Positions 1-12,735 of a stretch of 64,000 nucleotides of DNA are shown here, piece after piece. This DNA comes from Mobula hypostoma (lineage: Eukaryota): contig NC_086097.1 of NCBI RefSeq assembly GCF_963921235.1, positions 20,462,001 through 20,526,000 of the forward strand. Direction: 5' to 3'. The notes beneath the pieces are model-generated. The model did not search any database, was not told where the DNA came from, and worked only from the letters and a program-made list of their open reading frames with translations. Position 1 is the stretch's first letter; every line of letters starts with the position of its first letter. Both the position numbers and the translations under genes were made by a program.

Positions 1-159
1 AAACTCTTCTTGAATATGTTTAATGACTTGACCCTGACTGCCCACTGTGGTATCCCTCAGCTTCACAATTCCCTGAATAGAAAACCTCTCTTCATTTAAG
101 AACTAAGTGGTCTACCCCATATCCTTAACCCAAGGCCCCACATACTGGACTTCATATGT

Positions 160-1060
160 TTCATGTGTTCAGTTCTGGTCGCCTCATTGTAGGAAGCTTT
201 AGAGAGTGCAGAGATTTACCAGGGTGCTGCCTGGATTAGAGAGCATATTTTGAGGGAAGTTTGAGTGAGCTTTTCTCTTTGGAGAGAAGAAGGGAGACAG
301 GTGACTTGGTAGAGGTGTATAAGACAAATCAAATTCAAGTTTAATTATCATACATGAATACAGCTGAACAAAACACCATTTCTTTGGGGCCAAGGTGCAA
401 AACATGCAGAGCACATTCAAGATTGCGAGCAAAGAAACGTAGTCACAGGGAAAAAAACACATATATAGTCCAAAATCCCGAGCGACATGTCCCACAAATT
501 GTACATGTTCCCGGCCGTGCACAGCCACTGCAGTCCAATCTGTGATTCCACCGATCGAACTGTGGAAGGCAGCACTGGGGAGGCCAGCCCCCAACCGAGC
601 ATGGACCATCTCTGACATCCCTCTCCTGAATGTTGCTCCACCAAACGAGGGAAGCAGGCCAAGCGGCACCTTACATTATCAATGTCCAACAGGGTCTTGC
701 AAATGCAAGAGATGTTAAGAGGCAGTGATTTAAATGCTGCCTGGGCCTTTTTCTCAAAGGAAGAAATGTTTAATATGACGGGGGGCACAATTTTGAGGTG
801 TTTGGAGGAAAGTGTAGGGGTGATGTCAGAGGTGGTGCAAGTTTTTTTTACATTAAGGTGGTGGGTGTGTGGACTGTGCTGCTGGGGTTAGTGGCAGAGG
901 CAGATATGTTAGGAAGATTTAAGGGACTTAGGCACATGGATGAAAGAAAAATTGAGAACTATGAGGTAGGGTTAGTTTGATTTTGTTGGAGTAGGTTAAA
1001 AGTTTGGCACAACATCCTAGGCTGAAGGACCTGTACTGTGCTGTGCTGGTCCATGTTCTT
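160..1060 (+). mobile_element. Degenerate CR1-type LINE 3' fragment, interrupted at about 325-700 by another repeat
   Basis: CR1 RT C-terminal remnants (QFWSPH, RFTRVLPGLE, GDLVEVYK) and a CR1-like 3' UTR; boundaries approximate. Confidence 0.6.
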
Positions 1061-1390
1061 TATATTTGGGGGTGTGTACCTTGTAAGCCAGAGTCATGAG
1101 CCACATGTTAGTCGGTCCAGTTGTACCCTTTCCCCTGATCAATAGAGCTGGCCAAGGCTGGCATGGTAACACACGCTCAGCACTAGTCAGCAGCAAGCCT
1201 AGCCTGAGTAGCTAAAGCACGCAGAGAGGTTCCAGTGTGACGTGGTCAAACTGAGAGACCATGCAAGCGTTCAGCAGAACAGTAGGATGTGGACACGCGT
1301 ACCACAGGCAGTTCTGGCCTCACTGAGGAAGGATAGAGTAAATGGCAGGGCTAGTGTATGAGGAGATGGGTGCCTGCATTCGTATTGACT

Positions 1391-2368
1391 TTCAGTACGC
1401 TGGATGAACTCAGCAGGTCGGGCAGTATCAGTTAGAAACGATGAGTCGACGTTTTGGGCCGGAACCCTTTGTCAGGACTGAAGAATGAAAGATGGGGACG
1501 GGTTTGAAGAATGCTTGTAGCTTCAGTTGAAAGATCACTAATTTTAAAGCCAAAGGGGTGGGGGAGTGGAAGCATTGATGTCATAGCCCTGAAAACAATG
1601 GGTGGTAGAAGAAGCAGGCGGAACCATGAGGGAGCTGGGGGAGGGGGTCGAGTGACATAGGGACAGGGGAAGGGAGGGGCAAGGAATTACCAGAAGTTGG
1701 AGAATTCTATGTTCATACCAAGGGGCTGGAGACTACCTAGACGGTATATGAGGTGTTGCTCCTCCAACCTGAGTTTAGCCTCATTGTGGCAGTAGAGGAG
1801 GCCATGTATAGACATATCTGAATGGGAGTGGGAAGCAGAGTTGAAGTGGGTGGCTACTGGGAGATCCTGTCTGTTGTGGCGGACGGAGTGGAGGTGCTCG
1901 ACGAAGCGGTCCTCCAATCTGCGTCGGGTTTCACCGATGTAGAGGAGGCCGCACCGGGAGCACCGGGTGCAATAAATGACCCCAACAGACTCACAAGTGA
2001 AGTGTTGTCTCACCTGGAAGAACTGTTTTAGGCCCTGAATGGTGGTGACAGAGGAGGTGTAGGGACAGGTGTAGCACTTACGCTTACAGGGATAAGTGCC
2101 GGGTGGGAGATCAGTGGGGATGGACGTGTGGATAAGGGAGTCACGGAGGGATTGATCCCTGCGTAAAGTGGAGAGGGGTGGAGAGGGAAAGATGTGCTTA
2201 GTGGTGGGGTCCTGTTGAAGGTGGCGGAAGTTGCGGAGGATAATGTGCTGGATCCGGAGGCTGGTGGGGTGGTCGGTGAGGACAAGGGGAACTCTGTCCC
2301 TGTTGTGGTTGTGGGAGAATGGGGTGAGGGCCGAAGTGCGGGAAATGGAGGAGATGTGGGTGTGGGCA
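1391..2368 (-). mobile_element. Penelope-like element 3' fragment (GIY-YIG endonuclease end plus pLTR)
   Basis: ORF 1687..2514 contains FTCESVGVIYCTRCSRCGLLYIGETRRRLEDRFVEH (GIY-YIG). 11-bp TSD tcgtattgact at 1380-1390 and 2369-2379. Degenerate hammerhead motif at 1444-1480. Confidence 0.9.
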
Positions 2369-2738
2369 TCGTATTGACTGAAGTTTAAAAGAATGAGAGG
2401 AGACCTCATTGGACTGGGCAGTCTGGATGTTCCTGATGGTGTTGAGGTCCGGAACCAGGGTCCTCGGGTTAAGGATACGGGATGTAGGCTGTCAATGAGT
2501 AGAAATGTCCTCATTAAGGAACCTGAGTGATGAGACAGCGCCGTTGGGCCAAATCAAGAGCTGTTAGATGAAGGGATATGAAGAGAAAGCTGGAACAAGT
2601 TATTGAATTTGGATGATTAGCCATGTTGATATTCAATGGCAGAACTGGCCTGAATAATCTGTTCTTGCTCATTGATGCAACACACATCAAAGTTGCTGGT
2701 GAATGCAGCAGGCCAAGCAGCATCTGTAGGAAGAGGTG

Positions 2739-2780
2739 CAGTCGACGTTTCAGGCCGAGACCCTTCGTCAGGACTAACTG
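2739..2780 (-). ncRNA. Minimal PLE-type hammerhead ribozyme motif
   Basis: Reverse complement reads agtc-CTGACGA-agggtctcggcct-GAAAC-GTC-gactg: intact core boxes, stem I agtc/gact. Confidence 0.7.
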
Positions 2781-3352
2781 AAGGAAGAGTGAGTAAGGGA
2801 TTTGAAAGTTGGAGGGGGAGGGGGAGATCCAAAATGATAAGAGAAGACAGGAGGGGGAGGGATGGAGCCAAGAGCTGGACAGGTGATAGGCAAAAGGGGA
2901 TACGAGAGGATCATGGGACAGGAGGTCCGGGAAGAAAGACAAGGGGGAGGGACCCAGAGGATGGGCAAGAGGTATATTCAGAGGGACAGAGGGAGAAAAA
3001 GGAGAGTGAGAGAAAGAATGTGTGCATAAAAATGAGTAACAGATGGGGTACGAGGGGGAGGTGGGGCCTTAGCGGAAGTTAGAGAAGTCGATGTTCATGC
3101 CATCAGGTTGGAGGCTACCCAGACGGAATATAAGGTGTTGTTCCTCCAACCTGAGTGTGGCTTCATCTTTACAGTAGAGGAGACCGTGGATAGACATTCT
3201 TCCCGGGCCTCCTGTCCCATGATCCTCTCGTATCCCCTTTTGCCTATCACCTGTCCAGCTCTTGGCTCTATCCCTCCCCGTCCTGTCTTCTCCTATCATT
3301 TTGGATCTCCTCCTCCCCCTCCAACTTTCAAATTCCTTTCTCACTCTTCCTT

Positions 3353-3394
3353 CAGTTAGTCCTGACGAAGGGTCTTGGCCTGAAACGTCGACTG
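3353..3394 (+). ncRNA. Minimal PLE-type hammerhead ribozyme motif
   Basis: agtc-CTGACGA-agggtcttggcct-GAAAC-GTC-gactg. Confidence 0.7.
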
Positions 3395-4064
3395 CACCTC
3401 TTCCTACAGATGCTGCTTGGCCTGCTGCGTTCACCAGCAACTTTGATGTGTGTTGCTTGAATTTCCAGCATCTGCAGAATTCCTGTTGCTTGCTCATTGA
3501 TAGTTTCTTAGTGAGGACACCAAAGCTTATGGGGAGAAGGCAGGAGAATGGGGTTAAGAGGGATAATAAATTAACCATGATGGAATGGCAGAAATGACTT
3601 GATGGGTCAGACGTCTTATGGTTTTGTAATTCCTTTGTTTAAAGGTGTCAGTGGGAGGAAAATGTTTTTGTAGGTTTTTAAACCCCCTGTGGTTAATGAT
3701 TTGGAATTCATTGGCCTGGAATAGTGGAAGCCCCAGAAACCTGAACAGGAGTTTGGAAAGGCAATTGTGGGAAGTAGTTTGCAGATGTGAAGAAAGTGGG
3801 CACTGGGGTAGAGGTGATTGCTGTATTAGGAGCTGGTATTGGCTCAGTGGACTTGACAGGCTCATTATATGCTGTAACAATTCTTTAGGGCGTTCGAAGT
3901 TTCCGCAGCCTCAATAGCTGTCAAAATTGGGTTTAAGAAGGGAACCTTTATCCCTCACATTTATGTGCCTCCAGAAATATTTGTAGAGAGGAACTGGGGC
4001 AGAAGAGAGCAGGTGTGCTTTTAAAATTTTTTATTTAGCTAAAATAAAAGCATAACAGGCCTTT

Positions 4065-4200
4065 CCGGACAACAAGCCCATGTGACCAGCATCTTTGGAA
4101 TGTAGGAGAAAACCAGAATGGTCACAGCGAGAACATTCTAACTGCTTACAGAGGCAGTTTTGAACCTGGATCGTTGACCTGTAATTGTGTTATACTAACG
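4065..4200 (-). mobile_element. Degenerate tRNA-derived SINE fragment
   Basis: tctttggaatgtaggagaaaaccag...gagaac...tttgaacctggatcg resembles fish/shark SINE bodies; a similar piece lies at about 25660-25775. Confidence 0.5.
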
Positions 4201-4479
4201 TCTAAGGGCCACTCTGAGTGTTCCCGTTACTCTCAGTGTTACACTGATGGCTACGGGCTTTCCCGACTGTACCTATCGTTCTTGGTGGAAAGCGAAAATT
4301 AAACAGGTGCAAAGCAGGAAGCAGAAAATGTTTCATGTTGGAGACCATTTGTTCAGACCTGAAACATTGCCACTTTCTCTTCCCATAGCCCTGCTGAGTA
4401 TTTTCAGTATTTTCTGATTTTCTTCTTGGTCTCGGTGGAGAATAACCAGGCTGACTTTCCATCTTCTATCATTTGTCAG

Positions 4480-4626
4480 GAATTTGGTGGAGAAGATACT
4501 TCAGACTTGTTCCTGGAAGAAAGAGAATCTGCCTTGCGCCAGGCTCAGGAAGAGAAGAGGAAGCTTCAGATGACGGTGCCTGGGATTTTAAACCCACACG
4601 AAATAGCCGAGGAGATGTGCGACTGA
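4480..4626 (+). CDS. XPO1: Exportin-1 (CRM1)-type gene, last coding exon (EFGGEDTSDLFLEERESALRQAQEEKRKLQMTVPGILNPHEIAEEMCD*)
   Basis: 48-aa translation matches the recalled vertebrate XPO1 C-terminus (EFAGEDTSDLFLEERE...VPGI.NPHEIPEEMCD). Pyrimidine tract plus AG acceptor ends at 4479; TGA at 4624-4626. Upstream exons lie outside the window. Ortholog versus paralog is unresolved. Confidence 0.95.
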   Translation, partial: EFGGEDTSDLFLEERESALRQAQEEKRKLQMTVPGILNPHEIAEEMCD

Positions 4627-7600
4627 ATGGATCCAAAGTGTTAAGAGGGCAGTAGGGGTGGGTGGGGATGAATGAGAGAAGGGCAGTGAAGAATTAGAGA
4701 AAAAGACAGTGGGACAAATCTCCATCTATCGTGTGGAAGGTTGTTTTACGATTCCAGTTTCCATATAACTCAGCAGGGGTTGGTCATAAGATTAGAGGTT
4801 TTATCCCATACCAGTTCTGTTTTATCTCCCTTTCTGGATAAGAATTATGCTTGCAACTTGTGAACCCAAACGTCTAAATCTGCAGCTGCTCTTCCTCAGT
4901 CGGGCAATCAGAGTTCATTTTAAACATTCTGAATTTTTATTGAGGTAAGACTGGTTGGTTGGCTTAGTGGTATCAAATTGTAAAGGGCAAGAGAAATTGA
5001 ATGAATTAATCCAAGTATTTAAAATGAAAGATGGGTTGTGGGGGGAGGGGGGAGCCCTGGAGGGGAAGTTATTCATTTGCACAAGTACTCAGAATGGTTT
5101 GGGGTGGGGATGTGATCTAAAAGAAGATTGGTTAGTGGAGTTGTTCACTGAGGTCTGAGAGGGCTTGAGTTGAGGATAGAGATGGACTTGGTGTAGTTTA
5201 TAACCTGCTCATGCTAACCACGTAAACATGCTGTGAAGTTTTCAACATGTGCCTAGCCACAGACCCTTCTTCGCCAGCCTCCCCCAACCTCATTCAGAGA
5301 ACATGCCGGGCTGTGCCTCCTAGTTAACAGGGTGTTGTGTTGTCTGGGGACTATGTGGAAGAAAGGTAGGTTCTGTGGAGAGGATTGAGTGTGTCTGAAA
5401 GGATTCTGCTCAGTGAGGACAGAAGGTTGGGGTAAGGATTTGGATATTTTAAAACGTATCAGCACTTCAGTTTTCTTAACAAGTAACCGTTCTCTTGACG
5501 CCAAATGTGCCAGTTTTTGTGCAACACTTGGTTCTGTGTGTGCGTGTGTAAGCAGTGTTAGGAGACGTTCCTTCCGCTGAGAAATGGTACTGGGGCTCAG
5601 CTGTGTGGGTGGAGCTGGTTTCTGTCTCACAAGAGGCATGGTATTTCATTTATTCCGTTGCACACCATCCTGGACCTTGTTTCTTCTTGTCTGTTTTGGC
5701 ATTTGCCTGGCTTCGTCTCTGTGCCCTTGATATGTTCACCTCCTGCCCTGCTTCTGTCTGTGTCTTCCTCTCACCCCTAAGCATCCCAATCCCCCCCCCC
5801 ATCTCTTTTGTGTTCCTTGCCCTGCTTCCTGCCTCTTGTTTTCAGCATTTCTGCTCTGAATGATTCCCCACCCTTTCCTCCCCACTCTCCTCCCTACCTT
5901 GCATGGTTGAAATCCAGATCACTGTCTTGTGTGTGACATCTGCACACATTGAATTGTAAGGAATCGGTGGATCATCAATATGCTGTAGCCTGTACTTTGT
6001 GCTGCACAGTTTTTTTTTCTCTATCCTCTTCTTGAACCACTTGGACTTCACTTTGGAAAAGATTAGACATCTTGCACTGCATTCAAAATAGTTTATAATT
6101 CCAATTCACACGTGTTATTTCTTTTTCGGGTGGTGACAGCAACGGGAATATTTCTGACAGAAACCCTGCTATTTGTAGCCGGGAGAAAGGGATGACTAAA
6201 GAAAGAATACTTACCTGGATTTGAAAAATGGGAATACTCAAGTTGCTTACCAATTCATTCCTCTACCTTACAGTATTAAATCATCTGATTAAAGGATTAA
6301 TTGAGCTACAGAAGGAAATGATAGGGTAATTTTGATTAAAGAAGAGGGGTTGCTTTGAAGAACCAAGCCAGTATAAACTCTTGTTTCACTCAGTTCCACA
6401 TGCAATATTCCATTCAGCATTGGTGGCGTGTTTCCTTCCAGCTCTGACAAAAGAGGGAGCCCAGTGTTGTGCATTGTTAGTACAGTATTTCTGATGTTTA
6501 CTTATGAATTATTGGAGCATGTCTTGTGTACTTCCATTTTGAAGGATCCTTTACAGCTTGAGTTATTCCTGTGGTAATTCCTGCTCCTTCCCCTGCACAT
6601 AGTTAGCTGTGAATTCACTGAGAGTTGCGATATTATTATTGTTCTCATTTCCATTAAAAGGAGAGGCCTGCTATTTCTCCTTTGATATGGATTTATGCAC
6701 GCAACGAATCCATAAAGTTTATCTTTGCACAACATTCTGTGGCACTGCTGCACATGTAGTAATGTACAGGTATTTCTATCAAATCTCTATCCTGTTCAAA
6801 AAAAAATTCTAACCGCTTGTTAGTATCTAGTCCAAGAGCATCTTTTATTCAGACATTCTAAATCTCTTTGCAAACAAGCTGGACTGACATTAAATGGATT
6901 TTCATGCAGTTATTTTCATTTTAGCACCTCATCTTTTTGAATTAGCCCTGATAGGTCTACAGGTGAATTGGTCAACACAACAAATGGAATATTTTTGTCT
7001 CTTAGTGCCTTTTCTTGTGAAAAATTTTAAGTCTTCATTAATTGGATAATCAACTAAGCTTTTTTTTTGTCTCATACAGCCCTGTCCAAGAGAAGCAAAG
7101 TTGGTAATTACTGATTTTAAAACATTGGATCTCCTCCCCTACCTCCGACTCATTTTCTGTACCTTGTCTCAGTCAAGATGTGCTATTAAGAAGGGTGATA
7201 GCATAACCTGGGGTTAATTTTGTGCTTGTGGCAGTCTCTGGAAATAATCTGCCTTGGTCTCACTAATATTGGGTTATACACGCATATACAGTACTAGTGT
7301 TCTATTCACAGTGTGTGCGCCTGTGCAAATTGGGTTCTCTTACGTGCATTTTTTGATTCTGTTTATTGCTTTGGGAAGTTGACTATGAACTGTCTTGTCT
7401 TTCAATACTTGTACAGAAAGTCTTGTTTAAAAATCTGTGTAATTTAACTGTGTTACACTGTATTAGAAATGCTTTTTTTGGCAGGATATTGCAAGTAAAC
7501 ATAAACTTGCAACCTCCTGCTATTCAGAGTACCTCCCTTTTTTTTTAAAGCAAACTTGTACAGGTTGTAATTAAGAAGATTAGAATAGAAATGTTGACTT

Positions 7601-7735
7601 TTTTTAATAAATAAGATTCGATAAATTAGTCAGTAGTTGCATTTTAATGATGAGCTTGTTGTGACATTATCACGTTTTGTACTTACGTGTTTAACTTGCG
7701 TGTGCTGACCCATAAAATATTTACTGCCATTTCTA
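4627..7735 (+). other. Probable long 3' UTR of the XPO1-type gene
   Basis: No recognisable TE; U-rich and UGUA-rich; AATAAA at 7606-7611 and CATAAA at 7711-7716 followed by T-rich sequence. End position is approximate. Confidence 0.5.
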
Positions 7736-9929
7736 TCAATTTTCAACAATTCAATTTTCCTCTGTGAGGAGTGATTTTAAATATAGTAGGACCTTAAATT
7801 TTTTTGTTATAAGTGCCACTCTGGTCCATGTGTGTACTAAATAATAAGCATTTTTTTTGAAAGAGTAACACCAAATCATATCATTAGCAACAAGATAGCT
7901 GGTTTTCATTGCTAGGTAACTACTTGCGGTAGTGCACTCAATTTGCACAAGTTTTGACCATTTCCTTCCCCTCCTCCATCCCCCAACCACACTGGATTGG
8001 TTGATGTCTGGTCGCTGAGACCCCTTTTTCTCTGCTTATTTCTGACAAATTGGTTGAAGGACGAAGGTGTAGGGTGAGGCAGTGAACAGAAAATTTTGCC
8101 CCCAGTTTGTTCGAGTTTAATAGAGGAAATTACAGCCACCGAGATGGTCATTCTAAGCCACTGTCCACTTTGATTGGAAGCAGAGAAGGACCACAGAGGT
8201 TGGAGACATCTTGTGCTGTAGAATTCCAGTGTTATTCCAAATGTCCTTTATCACAGACTTTTCACAGAAACAGTACAGAACATGTCTGGCATGAGAGATT
8301 ACCAGTTGAATTTTATACAATGAAATGACCACTTTTCTGGAACTCTGGCAGCTGCGGCATCCTTCAGAATAATGCCTATAAATTCTAGAGTCCCATTCAA
8401 ACTAAGATAATATTTTTTAAAAAGTGATATTTTATTTTCAAAAACAAAAATCCAGATGGAAAAATGATATTCAGCTAGTCAAGCAGCATCCATGAAAGAG
8501 AACAGCTAACATGATAGTATCCCTCTTGTATTCCACAGCATGTTGTAATACAAAGTTTAACTTGACAAAAGTTGCATACTGATCTATACTCCGCATACAT
8601 ACCTAGAAAAAGCTTTGCTTTTAAGTGAGAATTCACACTTGATTGGTTCATCTTTATCAGATTTCAGCATTTGCTTTGTATTGCTGAGCTTCATCAACCT
8701 ACTATCCACCTACCACCAACTCAATCCCTTCTGTCCCCTACCATCTTTCATTCTCATCTTCAACCACTGGGCCATCTTTTACCTCCAGCTCTTTCTACTA
8801 CTTCCTTCACCACTCTTGATCCTGATGTAAGGTCTCAACCCCAAACATCAACAATTCCTTTCCCTTTGAAACTGCTTGACCCATTGAGTTCAGTTTTTTT
8901 GACTTGATCTCGACTGTTCAATTCTAGTTTCTATTGACTAGAATGTTTTACATTTCGGCAAGAAAATAATTTTGGCTTTTGACATTTTAGTGTGTTGTAA
9001 TATCCAAAGCATGCTTTCTTATTCTGAAGGGAAGGAACTGCAAGTGGAAAATCTTGCTCAATTTTAATTGTTTTATTTTAAAGCTGGTGAGTGCTGTGGC
9101 AGTGAACAGGGTTACCTATTATCCAGTAATGTTTTGGGGAGTTGTAAGATGAACCTTGTTGCAATCTTTTCATTAAATATCCCCTTGCATAGCATTGGTA
9201 TGAACAATTGACACTTCTACCACTTGTCCTTCTGATAGGTGTTAGTATGAGTTGTGATGATTCTTCACTGCCTCTGTATTTATGAGTTTGGCAAAATTGT
9301 ACAAGGTTTCCACTTCTGCATCAGTACATACATTAAGGTAGGTAAATTTCACCAGTTTACATCATTTATTGCTTTAATATAACATGGTTTTAATGGAAAC
9401 ATGAAAAAAGCAATACATTTGGTATTTCTGTTCTCCCATACAAAACAAGAAAAAACACAAATTTGCATTTTGTTCTATTTTGTCATTTACTTATTACCTT
9501 AAAGTATAGCATCAAGCATGATTCTGTTTAGATCTAAAGGTGCTAAGTCTGATATTGTCTGATCCACACTCCTTTGTTTCATTTCACTGGTATAAAAATA
9601 TACAGAGGGCGATAGTATGATTCCATTCTAATAGGTGGTTGAGAAATTTGTTAACAACAGCTATGTGCTTCTGCCTCTTGGCCATTCTGGGTAAATAAGA
9701 GCCAATAAACTCCATGCTGTTACAGATTTGAGGATTTTCAAAATTAACTCCATACTAATGTTATCATGGATTGAATTTCATTCATATTTTTTACTTTGAG
9801 GCAAGTTCATATCAAAACACCTGCAGAAGGACTGGATGATATGAGTGATAAATGATTTTGAATTTAACAGGCAGCATTAGAATTTTTAAAAAATGTTCAG
9901 GTTTACTGATTTTTAAAAGGAGGCATTGA

Positions 9930-10145
9930 GGTACCAACAGCAACACAATGCTGGGGGAACTCAACAGGCCAGGCAATAGCTATGGAGGCAAATAACAGTT
10001 GATGTTTAGGGTCAAGACCCTTCAGCAGGATTGGGAAGAAATGAAACCCCGTGAACTGTGACTCAATTTCCCTCCATAGATGCTATCTGCTAAGTTCCTC
10101 CATTTTTGTGGTGCTCCAGATTTCCAGCATCTGCATTCTTTGTGA
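9930..10145. mobile_element. Old Penelope pLTR pair in inverted arrangement
   Basis: Left part matches a - pLTR (decayed hammerhead at about 9996-10032); right part matches the + pLTR end (agatttccagcatctgca). Confidence 0.6.
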
Positions 10146-10639
10146 ATGTAGGTACTAGCAGCAACTGCAGTAAATTACATCTATAAGTAAATAGTAAAAA
10201 AAAATTGGATCTATTGTTTCCCATACTAAGTGTGCATTAGAAAGATTTCTATTGGGTTTCATTAAAATATTTAGAAACAGTAAAGTATTGACAATTATAG
10301 AAAATCTGTGTTACGTTGGTGTTTTGAAACAAAGTAAAACTAGCAATGTAAACTAACTGAACTTGCTTAAACAACTAGTTCCGTATGTCAATTTGTGAAA
10401 ACATCTAAATTTCTTTGAAGTTGGTACTCTCAAATTTAACTGCCTTAAATTGCTCCATTTGTCTTTATTTGGCATACTTATGCTTGAAGTTGAATTGCTG
10501 ACTATACTACAACCACTTGCTATCAAAAACAATGGCTTGAGGCAGTCCTATTTTAAAGAAATCATGCAACATCTTTTGTAACTCAATATGCCAAAGTTAA
10601 TCTTGAATGTCAAGTCTAAGTGGAGCAGCCTATTTTGCA

Positions 10640-12735
10640 TAATTAAATGTCCCTGTAATTCATTTATTTGCCTTTTCCCCATAACTCAATTCCCTTACTC
10701 TTCAAAAAAAATCTTTAATTGTCTAAAATATATTAAATAAGGCTCCACTGATTTACTACTTCCTGGGAAGAGTTCTCATCTGACTTAAATCTATTCCCCT
10801 GAACCTTGAGGCTATCACCTAATTTAGGGGTTCCCAGCCTGCTGTCCACAGACCCCTTGCTTAATGGTATCAACTTGCTTCTATCATTTTAAATGTATCT
10901 GTAAGATCTCCTCATTTTCTGAATTCATGCATGTAGTCCCAGGTGACTCTCGCACACTGCAGGTTAACCCTCATCTTCAGAATTAACTTAGTAAACCTCT
11001 GCACCATCTCTAAAGCCAGGATTTTGAAGTAGAAAGCAGAACTGCATACAGTACTCCAGGTGCTGCCTCACCAATACCCTGTATAGTTGTTACGTAACTC
11101 TGCTTTTAAAATCAATCCCTCTAGCAATGAAGGCCAACATTCTATTTGCCGCCTTGATAACCTGTGGTACCTGCAAATAAACCTCATGCAATTCATGCAC
11201 AAACACTGAAGTAAGGGAATGTAAAATTCCAAGCTTTGAAAAGATGTTAGAATTAACTGTGTTTGAAATGTATGTCACCTTGAAGGCTTGCCTAGTGTTA
11301 GCACTTTCTATTGCAATAACATTACACATATGCTTGCTTTGGTCACTGTCCAGTTCTACTAGTTTAGGCAACCCCTCAGCACTTAAGATATTTGTCTCCA
11401 TTCTGATTTTTGTAGGTTCCAGTGATGGCTAAGATTGGAACTGCAGCCACTATTATGGGTGAGGTGGCCTTCTCCCCCATAAACCTTTGATGCTGTGTCT
11501 AATCAAGAACTCACCAATCTCTGCCTTAAATACACCCAATGACCTGGCCTCCATAGTTGCTTGTGGTAACAAATTCACCACCCTCTGCCTAATGGATGCC
11601 CTCTATCCTGAGACTGTGCCCTCTTGTCCTAGACTCTCCCACCATAGGTAACATCCTTTCCATATCGACTCTGTCTGGGTCTTTCAATATTTGAAACATT
11701 TCAACGTTTCAATGAGATCCTTCCCTCCCCACCCCATCACCCTAAATTCCAGCACATAAAGACCCAGAGTTTTCAAACATTCCTCTTATGATGAATCTTT
11801 TATTCCTGGACTCATTCTTGTGTCAGCTTGAAAGATGGTTCAGAGGAGGTTCACATCTTTTCTTAGATAGGAGCCCAAAACTGTCCACAATACTCAAGGT
11901 AAGGCCTCACCAGTGCCTTATAAAGCCTCAGCATCACACCCCTGCTCTTGTATTCTGAACCTCTTGAAATGAATACTAACATTGCATTTACCTTTATTGC
12001 CACTGACTTACCTGCAAGTTAACCTTTAGGGTGTTCTGCACAAAAACTCCTAACTTTCTTTGTATCTCAGATTTTTGGATTTTCTCCCTGTTTAGAAAAT
12101 AGTCTGCACATATATTTCAATGATCAAAGGTCATGACCATGCATTTACCAACACTATTTCATTTGCCACTCTTGTCCATTCTCCTAATCTGTTTCAAGTC
12201 CTTCTGCAGCCTACCTGGTTTCTCAACCCTACCTGCCCCTCCACCAATTTTTGTATCATCTGCAAACTTCGCAACAAAGTCATCTATTCCATCATTTAAA
12301 TCATTGATATACAGCACAAAAAGCAGTCCCAACACCGACCCTGTGAAACACCACTAGTCACTAACAATCTATTCCTAATTGCTGTCCCCTACCACTGCTC
12401 TAACCATACCAGTAACTTTCCTGTAATGCCATGGGCTCTTAACTTGGTAAGCAGCCTTCTCTGTGGCACCTTGTCAAAGGCCATCTGAAAGACCAAATAT
12501 ACAACAGCCACTGCATCCCCTTTATCTATCCCAGTTGTAATGTTCTCAAAGAATTCCGACAGGTGTCAAGGCAAGATTTCCCCTTAGGACAAACTCAGAA
12601 TCGTTTCCTCATCTTGTGTCACCAAGTACTCCATAACCCCATCCTCAACAATGACTCCAACATCTTCCCAACCACTGAGGTCAGACTAACTGGTCTACCA
12701 TTTCCTTTCTGCTGCCTTCCTCTTTTCTTAAGAGT
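10640..12735 (-). mobile_element. CR1 LINE fragments (RT domain and 3' end)
   Basis: On -: LVAKFADDTKIGG, QVIKAANRMLAFIARGIDFKSR, KALVRPYLEY; at least two pieces. Confidence 0.8.

Larger units (their letters stand above)
2677..3488. mobile_element. Penelope-like insertion with an inverted pLTR (arms 2677-2936 and 3197-3456)
   Basis: About 260-bp inverted arms; the spacer encodes the PLE C-terminus on - (MSIHGLLYC...LRLEEQHLIFRLGSLQPDGMNIDFSNFR). 13-bp TSD cttgctcattgat at 2664-2676 and 3489-3501. Confidence 0.9.
1340..3625 (+). mobile_element. CR1 3' fragment split by two Penelope insertions
   Basis: Rejoining across the TSDs restores KFKRMRGDLI-type CR1 coding sequence and a CR1 3' end (gtcttatggtttt). 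Confidence 0.65.

Noticed and set aside
4426..4479. N-terminal part of ORF 4426..4626
   Set aside because: Intronic read-through upstream of the AG acceptor; not XPO1-like.
6207..6218. ATACTTACCTGG, identical to the U1 snRNA 5' end
   Set aside because: The following sequence is not U1. It is only a perfect donor-like site on the - strand, with no supporting exon.
8107..8328. 73-aa ORF between the two genes, considered as a possible USP34 remnant or small gene
   Set aside because: No resemblance to recalled USP34 or any family I recognise; non-ATG start; no exon context.
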